Below are positions 33,488 through 50,017 of a stretch of 64,000 bases of DNA, piece after piece. The notes below the pieces were generated by a model. It did not search any database, was not told where the DNA came from, and saw nothing but the letters and a program-made list of their open reading frames with translations. The position numbers and the translations under genes were made by a program. The DNA comes from the human T2T-CHM13v2.0 reference genome, Homo sapiens. Positions within the stretch are counted from its first letter, which is position 1, and each line of letters opens with the position of its first letter. The DNA is taken from NCBI RefSeq assembly GCF_009914755.1, contig NC_060936.1; one strand, written 5' to 3'.

Positions 33488-33821
33488 CAGGGGTTCCCAA
33501 CCCCCAGGCCACGGACCGGTAGCAGTCCATGGTCTGTTAGGAACCAGACTGCAGAGCAGGAAGTGAGCAGTGGGCAAGTGAGAGAAGCTGAGGTCCACCT
33601 TCTGTCAGATTAGCGGCGGCATTAGATTCTCATAGTAGCATGAACCATATTGTGAACGGTGCATGGGAGGGATCTAAGTTGCATGCCCCTTATGAGAATC
33701 TAATGCCTGATGATTTGAAGTGAAATAGTTTCATCCCAAAACTATTCTCCCACCCAAGTTTGTGGAAAAATTGTCCTCCAGGAAACCAGTCCCTGGTGCC
33801 AAAAAAGGTTGGGGACCACTG
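33488..33821 (+). mobile_element. MER1B-like hAT-Charlie non-autonomous DNA transposon
   Basis: Terminal inverted repeats CAGGGGTTCCCAACC...GGTTGGGGACCACTG; 334 bp; internal cattagattctcata/tatgagaatctaatg inverted repeat. Confidence 0.88.
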
Positions 33822-36571
33822 TTTTAAAGGCTTATTCTGTCTACTTTTGCAACATGTTATATAAACTCCTTGAGGAAGTATGTCTGATTTCGGTTTTGGT
33901 ACCAACCAGCACCAAACACAGAACAGTAGAACTCATTTCTAGGCTCAGACACTCCCTTTGCAGCACATGAGGAGAGTTGCAGACCCAGAATCAAGGGTAG
34001 TTAAGCAAGCAGCAAAGATAGGAAATACTAGCAATTGTTATTTGGACTGTAACTATCCCTATTTTTCTTTTGATGCCATAAAACTAATTTTTCTTGGCTG
34101 CTAATCAAAGAAAAGCATGACCATTATAGCAGCCAAGCATTTCTCCAGGAGAGGTAAATGTAATTCTCAGATTCAAGAAGTTTTTAGCTTGACCTCAACC
34201 TGAGTGGACTTACCAGGCAAATGATGGCTGACTCAGGCAGTCTGAATTTATAAGTACTATTGCATTTATTCGTTGCACTATAATTTCTTGTTTCCATTGT
34301 TGTGTAATATTTTAGCCAGTAAATAATACTTAATTGGCTTCCTAATTATCAGGCATGGAGATCTAAGGTGGCTTTCATTGCAGAGTTGTTTTCTGACATA
34401 GGGACTTACAGATTGTAGGCTTGAATAAACCCTTGAAGATTTGTATGTTACCTACATTTGGAAATATTATAGCTAGCCAGACTTTTAATATTTTAAACTC
34501 TACATTCAAACATGAAAGAAAGAATGATTAATACTGACCTGCCACTGAATATGACCTTATCATCACATCCTATAGACTTCTAATCTCAGTTTTCTTCATT
34601 AAAAACAAGCACCTCATCAAAATTCCATGCAACAAACAAATATTTATTGAATACCCACTTACACAAGTCCCTGTGCTACATGCTTTAAGTGAGGTAAAAA
34701 AAGGATATTTTTAACAATTTGAAGGTCACCAGGCATAGATGAAGATAGTTAAGAGAGTTCATACTGAGCAGTGAAAGCCTTCCCCTCTTTCCTCTCTTTA
34801 ACTTCAGAGAGAAGAAAAAAGGAAAATAAAGAGAATTCTAAGAATGATGACAAAGGAAATTACCAAGACAATAGCAAACATCAAAGCAGAGAATGCAATT
34901 AATTCAGACTAGCAGAAGGTCAGATGTGTCCAGTGTTGATGTTTCCAAAAAAGAAAATGGAACTGATAAATTATCTTAAAGTTTAGGAGTAATGAAAATT
35001 ACACTGAGACATATTTTATGAATATTTTGAAAGTATGAGAAAATTCTAGCCAAATTCAAAAAACTAATAAATAAAAATTAAAAATCAAGCAATTATCAAC
35101 TTAAAAAAAGAAAAAAGGAAAAATGAACAAGATAGAAGATAAAAGTATAGTTTAACACTTGGCTCAGCAGTGATAGATATTTGCATAGCCATAAGATGCA
35201 GACACAGAATAGAGATTTATTTGTTTATTAATTTTAGAGATGGGTCTCTGTCACCCATGCTGGACCACCACACTGGGTTGTTTTGAGATGAGGAGGTCTC
35301 ACTGTGTTACCCAGGCTGGTCTTCAACTCTTGGCTTCATGTGATCCTCTCTAATAAGAAATTAAGGTACAATTACATAGAAGAGTGACAGAAAGGAATGA
35401 CAAGATGTAGATAAGCTAAAGTTTTTATGTTCCCAAACAGGAAAACAACAGATGTCCATGACTGATAATCTAGAGATGGCAGTATGCACATATTATTTTT
35501 TAATGGAGATAAATATCTGATTAAGTTTTTGAAAAGCGGCAGCTTTGGCTGGGCATAGTCTATAAGGGTTAAAAAGCCAAGCTTCTTAGTTTGAGAAAAT
35601 ACAGTCCTTTGAAGTAAAATTAACATAGATGGAAGTATACATACCCTTGTAAACATAATCTATGAGTAATAGGAACTAACCAACTTTTAAAACTCCCATC
35701 AAAAACATTTTGTTAACAAAAGCACCTTTTTTCAAACCCAGATTCATTTAAACATCCTTTGAAATGAGCCATTGACCTGAAAATTGGATAACAATGTGTG
35801 TTTTACCAAATTGTTTGGAAAACTATAGCCTAAATTATTAAGATTTTAAGCCAGTTATTTAGATTTTTTAAATATTAAGCTGTTTAATATATTAAGAAAA
35901 TGAAAATACCTGTAGTTATAAAAGATTTTCATGCTTTGAATAAGAAAGACCAGCTGGAAGCCAGTTTCTCATTACATATTTTTATATTGAGACAATGTTT
36001 GAATGTCAGGCTGCTCCACTTACTAACCTTACTGATAAAAGAAGCATGGCAGGAAAATGCTTTAATACTTATGATGCTGAACCTGCAATATAGCCCTAAC
36101 AAATTTGGCTTTAAGAGCTGCCTAATTACATATTTATAAATGCATGTTATGTATCTACTAGGCTGGAATGAAGCCCTATAGCCATTTCAGTTTATCAAGT
36201 AAATGAAGTAATTTTTTAAAAACATTATGCAGTTGATTACACAAAGCAACAATACATACTCATGACTATTTGTAAAGGCTACCACTTATGGACTGATTTT
36301 CTGTTTCATTGTGTGCTAAAATGCCAGGCACTTGAACCAGCAAAAACTAACTATATGCCAGAAAGCTGAGATGATGGCTCAGTAGCAATATTCTCTAATC
36401 ACTACAGCTATTATTTAACATTCGCTGCACATTGGCAGCATTCTAATCATTTTATAAAATGACCCTGCCCAGTGAATTTACAGTTAACATCAAACAAAGT
36501 TAAGACACGAAAATGTCATTGAACCATTACAACATCTGCTTTTTATTCCTCTTCCAAGCTGTTTAACATTC

Positions 36572-36868
36572 TTTTTTGAGACAGGGTCTTGCTCTATCAC
36601 CCAGACTGAAGGGCAGTGGTAGCATCATGGCTCACTGCAGCCTTGACCTCTCCAGCTCAAGCAATCCTGCCTTAGCCTCTCAAGTAACTGGGACTACTCT
36701 AGCTCCCAGGGCATGTGCCACCACACAGGGCTAATTTGTTTTGTCTTTTGTAGATGCAGGGTCTCACTATGTTGCCCAGGCTTGTCTCTAACTACTGGGT
36801 TTAAGCAGTCCTCCTGCCTTGACTTCCCAAAGTGTTGGGATTACAAGTATGAGCCACCATACCTGGCC
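36572..36868 (-). mobile_element. AluJ
   Basis: Diverged dimer. Confidence 0.88.
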
Positions 36869-37099
36869 TTTTTTTTTTTTTCTATCAGGAATGTATTGTA
36901 TGCTCATTAAGAAAATTAAGAAAAACAAAGAAAACTAAAAAGAAAAAAAAATCATCCATAATCCATAGTCTATCATCTGAACTCAATCATTGTTATTTGG
37001 GGGTGTTTCTTTTGTCTTTTTTTTTTTTTTTGCATAATGTTTTATTTGGGGTTTACGGAAGAACAAAGATAGATATATAAATCATGCCACATATATATT

Positions 37100-40010
<2,911 letters not shown>

Positions 40011-40749
40011 ATACTTCTATCTTATGTAAGTTGGAACTAATTCCTCGCCACCATTTTTTTCACAACAAAATCATTTATTATTGTGTAGTATTAAAGTTAT
40101 AGAGGTGTAATGTCAAAACAGAATTGAGTAAACCCTACAGGTCAGTGAGAGCACTCTAATTCCACTTACTCTCATTCAACTTCTCTCAAAAACTATTATC
40201 ACCAAACATTCTGAAAGTGCAGACATCAGCATTTGCCTTGTTCTTTCTTGTAGACAAGCTCCTCGAGTTTTCCTACTTTACTGTGCATTACAACTCATGT
40301 CATGTTCAAAGTACAAAACCGCATTTTTTTACTTTAAGGGCAAAGTAAGGAATTTTCAACAGTACCTTTGACTACACAACAATTTTCTAGATAGCTTTGG
40401 AACATAACCCTTACGTAGAATGTGACTTCACAGTGATATATTTTTTCCTTTTACCAGGCCAACTAGAAGATCCATAAACAATTAGATTTTTAAAAGAAAA
40501 GCTAAAATCTATACCTTGCAGGAATAAAAGTTACCTTGCAGATTCCCAAAGACCTATAATCAGGCAAATGACACATTCAGTTGTAAGTTTTAGTGTTCCC
40601 TTTATTTTGAGTGTTTTTATTCAAATAAGTTGCAACTTTATTGTTCAGAGAAATAGTCACTGAATTAAAATCAATGAAAAATTAGAAAGACTGTTTCTTT
40701 TTTTGAGTTTTTGAGTTTTTGTTTCTTTTTCTTTTCTTGGCTCTCCTTT

Positions 40750-41260
40750 TGATGCAGAATTTTTTGCTCTTTAGTTCAGCTAAAATCTTGTTCTTGTGTC
40801 ACAACCAGGAAAAATTAGGTACATGGACACATTGAAAGGTGAGGAGAGCAGAATTTATTAAAAGAAAGCTCTCAGAAAAAAGGCGGTCCTTTCAACAGGC
40901 TTCCACCTCACAGACTGAATACCAGGTCACCACACATGAGCTGAAGAGGCCAGGCTTTGCCCAACTTTATCAGGTGTGGATTCCAGGTGGGTCCACCCCA
41001 TTGTCCCAGTGCAGGGGTGGGCCCTTAGTTTGAGCCACTCCATATTGATTTATTTCCCTTACTAGGCATGTGTTAAGGGACAGAATGTCTTTGAACATGA
41101 CACATGAGTTGTAATGCACAGCAAAGTAGGAAAACCCAAGGAGCTCGTCTATACATACAACGCATGTGTTAAGGGACAGAATTTTTCACTGTGGGCACGT
41201 TTAGGTAAGCTCCCTGTGCACAATGGCCTGGGCAGCATTTGGCTGTCTCCTTCTCTATCA
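40750..41260 (-). mobile_element. ERV1-class solo LTR (MER48/MER50-like)
   Basis: TG...CA termini (tgatgcag...ctctatca), 4-bp TSD cttt, and tttatt poly(A) signal on minus. Confidence 0.78.
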
Positions 41261-41279
41261 CTTTTATGAGGTGTATAAC

Positions 41280-41715
41280 CTTTTTAAAAATGTGTAAAAC
41301 TTATTATTTTACTGTATTGTGGCAAGAACACTTAACATGAGATCTCAACACATTTTTAAGTGTACAGTAAATTATTGTTGACTATAGGTACCAAGTCGTC
41401 AAGCAGATCTCTAGAGCTTATTCATCTTGCTGGACTTAATGCCTGTTTATTACCAGCTCTCCATATCTCCTTCCACTCCATTTACTTTATTTGTTGAAAT
41501 TATTTCCCTTCAAATTCTTTTTTATTTTTAATTGCGGCAAAATATATATAATAAAATTTACTAACTTAAACATTTTTAAGTGTGTGATTTAGTAGTTAAG
41601 TACATTAACATTGTTGTGCACCCAGTCTCCCAAACTCATCTTGCAAAACTGACACTCTGTACCCATTAAACAACAACTACCCATTGCTCCCTTCCCTCAG
41701 CATCTAGCAATCATC
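41280..41715 (-). mobile_element. L1MA/MB 3'-end fragments
   Basis: gcagatctctagagcttattcatcttgc; actctgtacccattaaacaacaac. Confidence 0.75.
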
Positions 41716-41719
41716 ATTT

Positions 41720-42390
41720 GAGAAAATGGCTCAGAGCAGTCTGAAGAATGTGAGAGATGCAAAATTATCAGGCCCAGACAGCAGTGAGCATGATACTTCA
41801 GTCGCATCCCCCACACCCATGCCCCAGGGTAATTGTTTAAAAATTTTTTTTTTTCATTCCTTCCCTGTGGTTTCAGACTAGCTGATAAATTACCTAAAAT
41901 GTTACCACACATTGCACAATGTGACCCTCACCCAGTATCTTCATGTTCCTGGAATTTGTGATAGAAAGAACAATGTACAGCCAATTGATAGACTGTTATT
42001 TTTTAAATTCTTGGTAAACAACTTAGGGACTGCTCCCTCCTTTTTTTTCCTAAAAAAAAAAAAAAAAAGGAAAAAGACCACTTGTAACTGCTGTTAATCA
42101 GAGCATATATTGAGGGCAACTAGAATCTGATTTCCAGGCTGCAGTCCTCACCTTTGGCTTAAATTAACTCTCTACTTAATCTGTGTCCTTCAAGAATAGC
42201 TTGATGCCATCCTTGTGGTAATGAGTAAGTTCTTACTCTATTAGTTCCCATGACAGTTGATTATTAAAAAGAGCCTGGCACCTCTCCCCACGCTCTCCCA
42301 CTTTTCCTCTCTCACCATGTGATCTTTGCATATGCTAAATGTGCCTCAGTTTCTTCCTCTTTGCCTGAGATTCTTCCCTTAGGTCAAAAT
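41720..42390 (+). mobile_element. ERV1-class LTR, interrupted near its 3' end by an MST fragment
   Basis: tgagaaaatggctcagagcagtctga...gttcctggaatttgtgata...accacttgtaactgctg...ctctctactt...gcctcagtttcttcc...taggtcaa. Confidence 0.6.
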
Positions 42391-42736
42391 TTCTGGTGTA
42401 GTCAGCAAGATTCAGAGCAACCTTCCAAATACCCATTGTTCCCTCTCAGACTCAGTGCTCAGTACCAGCAAAAACCCATTGCATTCTTCCAACACCAGAT
42501 ATTTCGCTGGGTGCAAAAGTGTGAGGTCTACATTTTATGTGGGCTTCTTTTTCAAACTCTCTTTTTTCTTTAAGAGCAAGAGTTTCCATCTCCATCTCTA
42601 AACAGGAGATTCAGACAAAGAGCCCTGAAGAGAATTTTTGCCCTCTCCACCTGTGCCTCACAGCGGGTTTGGATTACAGTATTGGCAGTCTAGCAAGGGT
42701 GGTTTCACTTTTTTGGGGGGCCTAAAATTAAGTAAT

Positions 42737-42890
42737 GTCTTAGTCCATTTAGTGTTACTCTAAAGGAATACCTGAGTCTGGGTAATTTATAATGAAAAAG
42801 GGTTTATTTGTCTCAGATTCTGATGTCTGTAAAAGTTCAAGATGGGGCATCTGCATCTGGTGAGAAGCACTCATGGTGGAAGGCAGAAGG
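42737..42890 (-). mobile_element. MST (MaLR) LTR 3' part
   Basis: tgtcttagtccattt...ggaatacctgag...gcatctgcatctggtgag...tcatggtggaaggc. Confidence 0.8.
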
Positions 42891-43529
42891 ACTTCTTTTA
42901 GCAAGCATCAATATGTTGTAAATTCAGTCTCTTTAAAAATAACTCTTTATTTCCCTTCGTCTTGAATACTTTAACTGAATACAGAATTTTAAGTTAACAG
43001 TAATTTTCCCCTTGGCACTTTGAAGATGATATTCTGGCATATATTTCTGGCATATACTATAACTGATGATAAGTTTTCTATCCAATGCTTCTATCTAAAT
43101 CGCATTTTTAAAATAAGGAACTATCTTTTCTTTTTATATTTAAGATTTTTCTCTGAGTTCATATTTTTATGTTCATGAGAATGGGTCAAGGTATTTATAG
43201 TTATGCATGTATATGTATGACTTGTTTTATTTTTATTGTTCTTCTCAAACTCATTATAATTTCTGTACATATAGATGTGTGTGGGTGTGTATGTGTGTGA
43301 GTTTTGTTCTTATTAAATTCATTGTAATTTCTGAATCTAAAAACTAGAGGTTTTTTTCCATTCTGGAAAAAAAATAGGTATTATGTCTTTGAATATTGCC
43401 TGTTTATTTTTTATTCTGGAACTCCTATTAAACATGTTGGGTTTTGGCCATTCTCTATGTATCTTAACTGTTCTTCCATATTTTCATGCTTTATCTTTCT
43501 GGCAAAGCAGTATATTAGAGAAATTTTCA

Positions 43530-44300
43530 GCAAATGATTACTCCCTTCCCCTCTCCTACAGAAGGAATGTACTTCCCTGATATTAATTGAGGTCTTGCAT
43601 AGTTAGGCTTGTCTCTTGATCTCTTTTTGCAACGAGAACATGACTCAGCTAGCCTCTGGTTTAAAGAGGATGAGAGATATGTGGAACAGACCAGGACCTG
43701 ACCTAATCCTCAGAGAGCAGCTGAGTCTCGCCAAGACCAGCCAATCTCCAGCTAACCCAAAAATGCATGAGTAGGAAATATGCGTATATTGTTGTATGGC
43801 ACTAGGACTTTGGGTGTTTTGAAAGTCAGAAAAATTGGGCTGATTCAGAATTTGATGTATAAAGTACAGTGCTGCCATAACTAAAACCCAAAATATGTGG
43901 CACTGGCTTTGGGAATGGGCAGCAGGTAGTCATGTAATTGTTATAGGAGGCTGGAATAATGACAACAGTATTATGCAGTGGCAAAACATTTGGTAAAATT
44001 GTCACCTGCAATACTATGGAATACAGAACATGCAGATCTAGTAAACTTGTGAATTTGGATGAGGTGATTTCAAAGAAGAATATTGAAGAGCAGGCTGCTG
44101 CCAGGTGCCTTTGAAAAAGCATAAGAAAGTGGTGAGCTCAAAATGAACTGCCTGGGTTACAAACAGAATTGAGAGGAAATAGAGAGTTTAGAAATACTGA
44201 AAGTTGTAGGCTTAAAAATGAAACTGTTTCTCAACATGTCCCCAGCTCAAAGAAAAAGTAAATTTTGGCCACTGCCAGGGTAAAGACCAAAACAAGGGTG
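43530..44300 (+). mobile_element. MLT1 LTR plus MLT1-internal remnant
   Basis: gctgattcagaatttg...gtgctgccataactaaaacc...actggctttggg...gcagtggcaaaacatttggtaaaattgtcacctgca. Confidence 0.65.
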
Positions 44301-44710
44301 TGGTGCAGGCCCAAGTGCCCTGAAAGCAGACTCTGAGATGGAAAATAGCCTGTAAAGAAGTGCTCTCAGGATCAACACTTGTGGAAGAAAGGAAGCAAAC
44401 AAGATTGAGCAGAGAAAGAAAGTGGGCTGTAATTAATTTATAAAAAGAACTTAACCAACCCACTGAAGCTAGATTGCTCCTCAGAGTTGTTTCCAATAGA
44501 GGAAATGAAGCCAAGTCTTTAAAACCCTACATCAATTAGTTATTGCACACTGGCTGCCCCCTGAAGAGAGCATGAACTACACAGGGTGCCTCTTTTCTAT
44601 TGAGAGTGATTCCCAAAGAAGACTGACAGCTGAGATCAGTAGAAATCCCAGCAGCTAGAGGAATAAATTCTTTAGTCATGAAGGATGATGTTAATGGCAC
44701 AGTAGATTAT
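44300..44710 (-). mobile_element. ERVL LTR (LTR33/LTR16-like)
   Basis: gaaagcagactctgagatgga...gtgctctcaggatcaacacttgtgga...gattgagcagag. Confidence 0.65.
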
Positions 44711-46150
44711 CCAATTCAATTCACCCCATGCTCCACTCAGACCTTTATTTTTGCAAAAGTTTTTGAAGCAGCTCCAGAACTTGGGAAGAAAGTTAGCGAG
44801 ATACATAGATTCCATTGCAAAGACCAAAAGTGATACTCAATATATGCTTCCTGATCTACCATTCTAGAGTTTCCTCACCTTGACTAGCTCCTCTGCTGGT
44901 CTTGTTGGCTTACGTGGTGGGATGATCCAGTCACTCATCCTTGAGAGTCACCATACCTTTCTCAGGTCATCAATACTTTACTAGTCAATTTACTGTCAAA
45001 GTTGTGCAAGGGCATACCAAGAGATGCCAAATACATTCCTTTTTGCCATCACTGTATAAGAGCAGCCTGACCTCCTCCCAGTATTTAGAATGATAAACCT
45101 GCCAGGATGGTGACTGCTCTCGTTGCCTGATCCTTTGGCAGTAGAAGGCAGAAATGCCCCAGTGACAGCCATAGTTTAAAGTTCACTGGGCCTCTTGCTG
45201 TGTCTCCTGGTGGAAATGCTCACCTTTTGGGAACAATACCTCTAAACCTACAAATCTCAGAGCTATGGAGATGAGTAGCACAAAATCCCCAATTGGGTCA
45301 CTGACAATGATGGTAAACAGGACCACCTCTACTTCTACATTTGATCCCCATATCCATAAATTCTATTTGCTGGGAACACAGCAACATATGCTGGCCATTG
45401 ATTCAGAGGGTATACTGCATAGGGTATTATTGTATCTAAGGTGGTGCTTAAGCTGATTCTTCAACAGGCCATTCCGTTGCTCTATCCGGCCGGCAATTGT
45501 TTACAGTTCTGGGTGAAGTGTTATGTGAAAGAATCAGTGAATCACATGGTCACATGCTCACTACCACATCTCTTTTGCAATAAAATGAATCCCTTTGTTT
45601 GATGTGATATTGGGAAGATCCTGTGTCATGAGATCAAACACTCCATAAGTATGGTGGAAGCAGCTGAAGCACTATTGGCAGGAAAGGAAAATCCATACCT
45701 GAAATATGTGTCAATTCTAATCAAGATGAATCATTCATTGCCCCTTACATAATAGAAGGGATCCATGTAATTAACTTGTCATTTGATTCTCCTCCATGGA
45801 TGATTCTATATCAAGGGCTCAATATTGGTCTCTGTTCCTGACAGGTTGGACATTTGGCAGCAGCAATAGCCAAATCACTGTTGGTAAGTGAGAGCTCATG
45901 CTGTGGGGCCATCCACAGTCATGATGACTACCCTTCTTGTGCCCATTGTTCCAGCTTTGAGGATAGAAGCTTGTTGATGCCAACCATTGGAGTCATTCTG
46001 TTTATTCAGTACCTCTTTTGTGATATATCCTTTATGGTTGGTGTTCACTTGTAATGCAAAAATCTTTACACTTTGTGCCGAGTCCCATAGGTCCATCCAC
46101 ATACTTTCTCATCAGACTTCCTAGTCCTAAACTTTCTAACATTTCTTCTT
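44710..46150 (-). mobile_element. Degraded ERVL internal region (RNase H C-terminus and integrase)
   Basis: Minus ORF 45896-46102 MWMDLWDSAQSVKIFALQVNTNHK resembles ERVL RNase H; HPE...AGRIEQRNGLLK integrase motif at ~45460-45515. Confidence 0.75.
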
Positions 46151-46645
46151 CCTTAAAGTAGGCTCTTCTACTACTTATCACTGCTATAACAAATTACCAT
46201 AAACTTAGTGACTGAGACAACAGAAGTATTGTCTCTTACATTTCTGTAAAAGTCTGACACAATTCTTACTGTGCTAAAAATCAAGGTTTTAGCAAGGCTC
46301 TGATCCTTTCTGGAGGCTTTAACAGAGAATTCATTTCCTTGTTCCTTCTAAATTCGAGAAGCCTTCCACATTCCTTGGCTCATGGCCCCTTTATTCCATC
46401 TTCAAAGCCATTCTTCCATAGTCACATCACTCTCTGGCCATAACCAGGAAAGTGTCTCCTACTTTTAAGGATTCATATGATTAGATTGGACCCAACTGAA
46501 TTATTCAGGAAAATCCCCCCATTTCAAGGTCCTTAATTTTAATCACATCTGTAAAGTCCCTTTTGCCATTTAAAGTAATATATTCACAAGTTCTGGTATT
46601 ACGATATAGTCCTCTTTGGGGAGCCACTCTTCTGCCTTCCATGAT
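46145..46645 (-). mobile_element. MLT1 LTR
   Basis: ctgctataacaaattaccataaacttagtg...ttccttggctcatggcccc...taatcacatctg...ttctgccttcca. Confidence 0.75.
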
Positions 46646-48349
46646 TTAAGTCCACATGGCAGTCTAAAATATGTCTTTGATCTGTTATGTATCTATGTTT
46701 GTGGTTACAGAACATTCACAAGCATTTAAAAATATTTTTTGCACCATATTCTTCCAACAGCTTCCAAATACATTGTTTTATCCCTAAGAATACCTTCACA
46801 CAAAAGACTGAGTAAAGCTACACTTTAAATATTATCCTTCTTAATCTCTTTGTAATTGTGTTTCTTTGATATGGGTCACTACTAATTTTAACACAGCTGT
46901 TTATGTTATTACATAACAACTTTGTGATCTTATTAATTTGTTTATCTTATTATTAAAATCAAATTTAGTAGCTGCTCTGGTCTAAGGGAGGCAAATATTT
47001 TATAAATCATTACTACTATATGTTAAGCTCTAATATGAGTTTCACATTCATTATTTTATTCACCTTTAAATGAATCCTATAAAAGAAGTCTAGTATCACT
47101 ATTTTACAGATGAGAAAACTAATGTTTCCAGTATCACAGAACTAGTTAAGTATCGGAGTAGGGCATACAAATATAGGTCTTTTTGACTCTAAAATGCATA
47201 CTATTTTCACTATATCCTTAATAAATTCCCATTGAGTAAATTAAATTATTTGTAGAGGTATACTATACATCCAGCACATTTCATGAATTTCTCATGCTGT
47301 AGAAATCATGTCCAATGTATTACACAGAAGCCTTGGGCCACTAATAATTCTTGAACTGACATAGTTCAAGACGACCTAGATAGAAGCATACTGGCTAGAA
47401 ACAAAAATCAATGGTAAATATTTTTATGAAATCACTAGACTTGTTTTTTACTTCATTGTTGGTATCTTCTAATTTGACCTAAATCTACTGTGTGGTCTAT
47501 AGTGTCCTGTTGCTTAGCAAAACCTGGAACACATTATAAAGAATACCTATTTAATGTTTCCATCAGTCCTGAAACATAGATACATTCTTGAAGACATGCT
47601 ATTATATTGTTCTAAGACTCTTTGTGAGCAATTTAAATCCTTTTGCCATCTCAGCCCAAATGAAGTGAAGGGTTGTCCAAACAGAAAGTCTGAATAATTC
47701 AGCTTCTCTTGGGAGAAAACAAAGTTAATCTCTCTGGAATCTATATAGCTGCAGAATCACTGGACCATTGAACAACTCTCTACTTCACTTTGGTAGTATA
47801 GATTTCCAAGATCCATGAGCATAAAATAATTATTTTTAAACTTTCGAATGAAACAGATTTAAAGTAAAACGGATCAAGTATATAACATTAACGTATTTTA
47901 ATTAAATTTGACATTTAAAACAAAAGATCAGCATATTTTTAAATGAGTAAAAAAATTTAAAAATGATCAGCATATTTGAAATGATTTTTAGCTTTCTAAA
48001 GTCCATCCATTATTATGAGGCTTAAGAAAGACTTCAGAGGCTGCTTAAACATTTCAATATTTTCATGTAGAGGTTCTTTATCAACCTTGAAATCTGTCAA
48101 TAAATGTAAATAACAAGAAAATATAAAGTAGGCAGATTTTTCCTACTATGAACCTTGATTTTATCTATATCACTCTTAGTTGAATGGGATAAATTAACAC
48201 TTTCTTGAAAGTTTCCTACCATACACGTACATTTAATTTTTAAATATTCAGGACCTGCAGAATATACTATGCCTATTAAGGTTTTTTTATTATAATTATA
48301 GACCTGTTAGATACTTGATTTGCTTATCAATTCAAATCAATTTAGTTCT

Positions 48350-48731
<382 letters not shown>

Positions 48732-48766
48732 CTAGTACACTTTATGTACTTCTTAAAAAGAGGATA

Positions 48767-49110
<344 letters not shown>

Positions 49111-49899
49111 CTAAAATTAAACTTTCTAGATCCTATAGGACAGAAAATATAATTTTGTTTGCTCTAATTTTTTTAAATTTAGACCTTTAATTGGGATAGA
49201 CAGCTCAACAGTCCCACAACTCCTTATTATCCCCAACAGATTTCCTTCACCCATTTACATTAGCTGTATCTAACCCCTGCAAGTATTTGAGTTTCAGCCT
49301 CCGAAATCTAATCACTTTATTTTATAATAAGAAAACGAATGGTCACAGAGAATAAATAACTTAGCCAAGGTTACCAGCTAGCAAGTGGCACTGAGCCAGA
49401 GTCAAAATCCAAGTATAGTGGCTCTTTGTAAAAGGCAGTGTTTTCATCTTACTATATTTTCATTCTCTTTTTCAGAACCTAACATTTGTCTGAAATAAGG
49501 ACCCTCCGTAATTTTTTTTAGCTTTCAAAAGTGCCTCGTGGCACTTACAATTTTTATTCATATCCCAAGTTTCAAAATATCATTAACAGATTAAGCACTT
49601 TACTACATGCTATTTTGGTGTTTGCACTACTCCCCCGCCTTTCCACTGCCTTTTAGCTGCTCTGAGAGCTGGTAAAGAGAGACGAGAATTATACAATTAC
49701 ATAAGATAAAAGAATGAAAGGTTTAGAGAGGTGAGTAAGAATGAGGGGGTGGTAGGGTCGTGGGCGGGAATAACTGTAGAGGAAGGACAAGGAGAAGGAA
49801 AAACTGAGACAGTGGTTCCTGAATATCAAAGACAGGAAGAGTTGAGAAATAAAGACAGCCAGTCATCAAACACTGTTCTTTTATGGGATGTGCTGATTC

Positions 49900-49967
49900 T
49901 GTGTGTGTGTATGTACATGTGTATATATATATACATATATATGTGTGTGTATATGTATATATACACA

Positions 49968-50016
<49 letters not shown>
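49900..50016 (+). repeat. Compound (TG)n/(TA)n microsatellite
   Basis: Long pure TG run at ~49969-50016. Confidence 0.93.
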
Positions 50017-50017
<1 letters not shown>

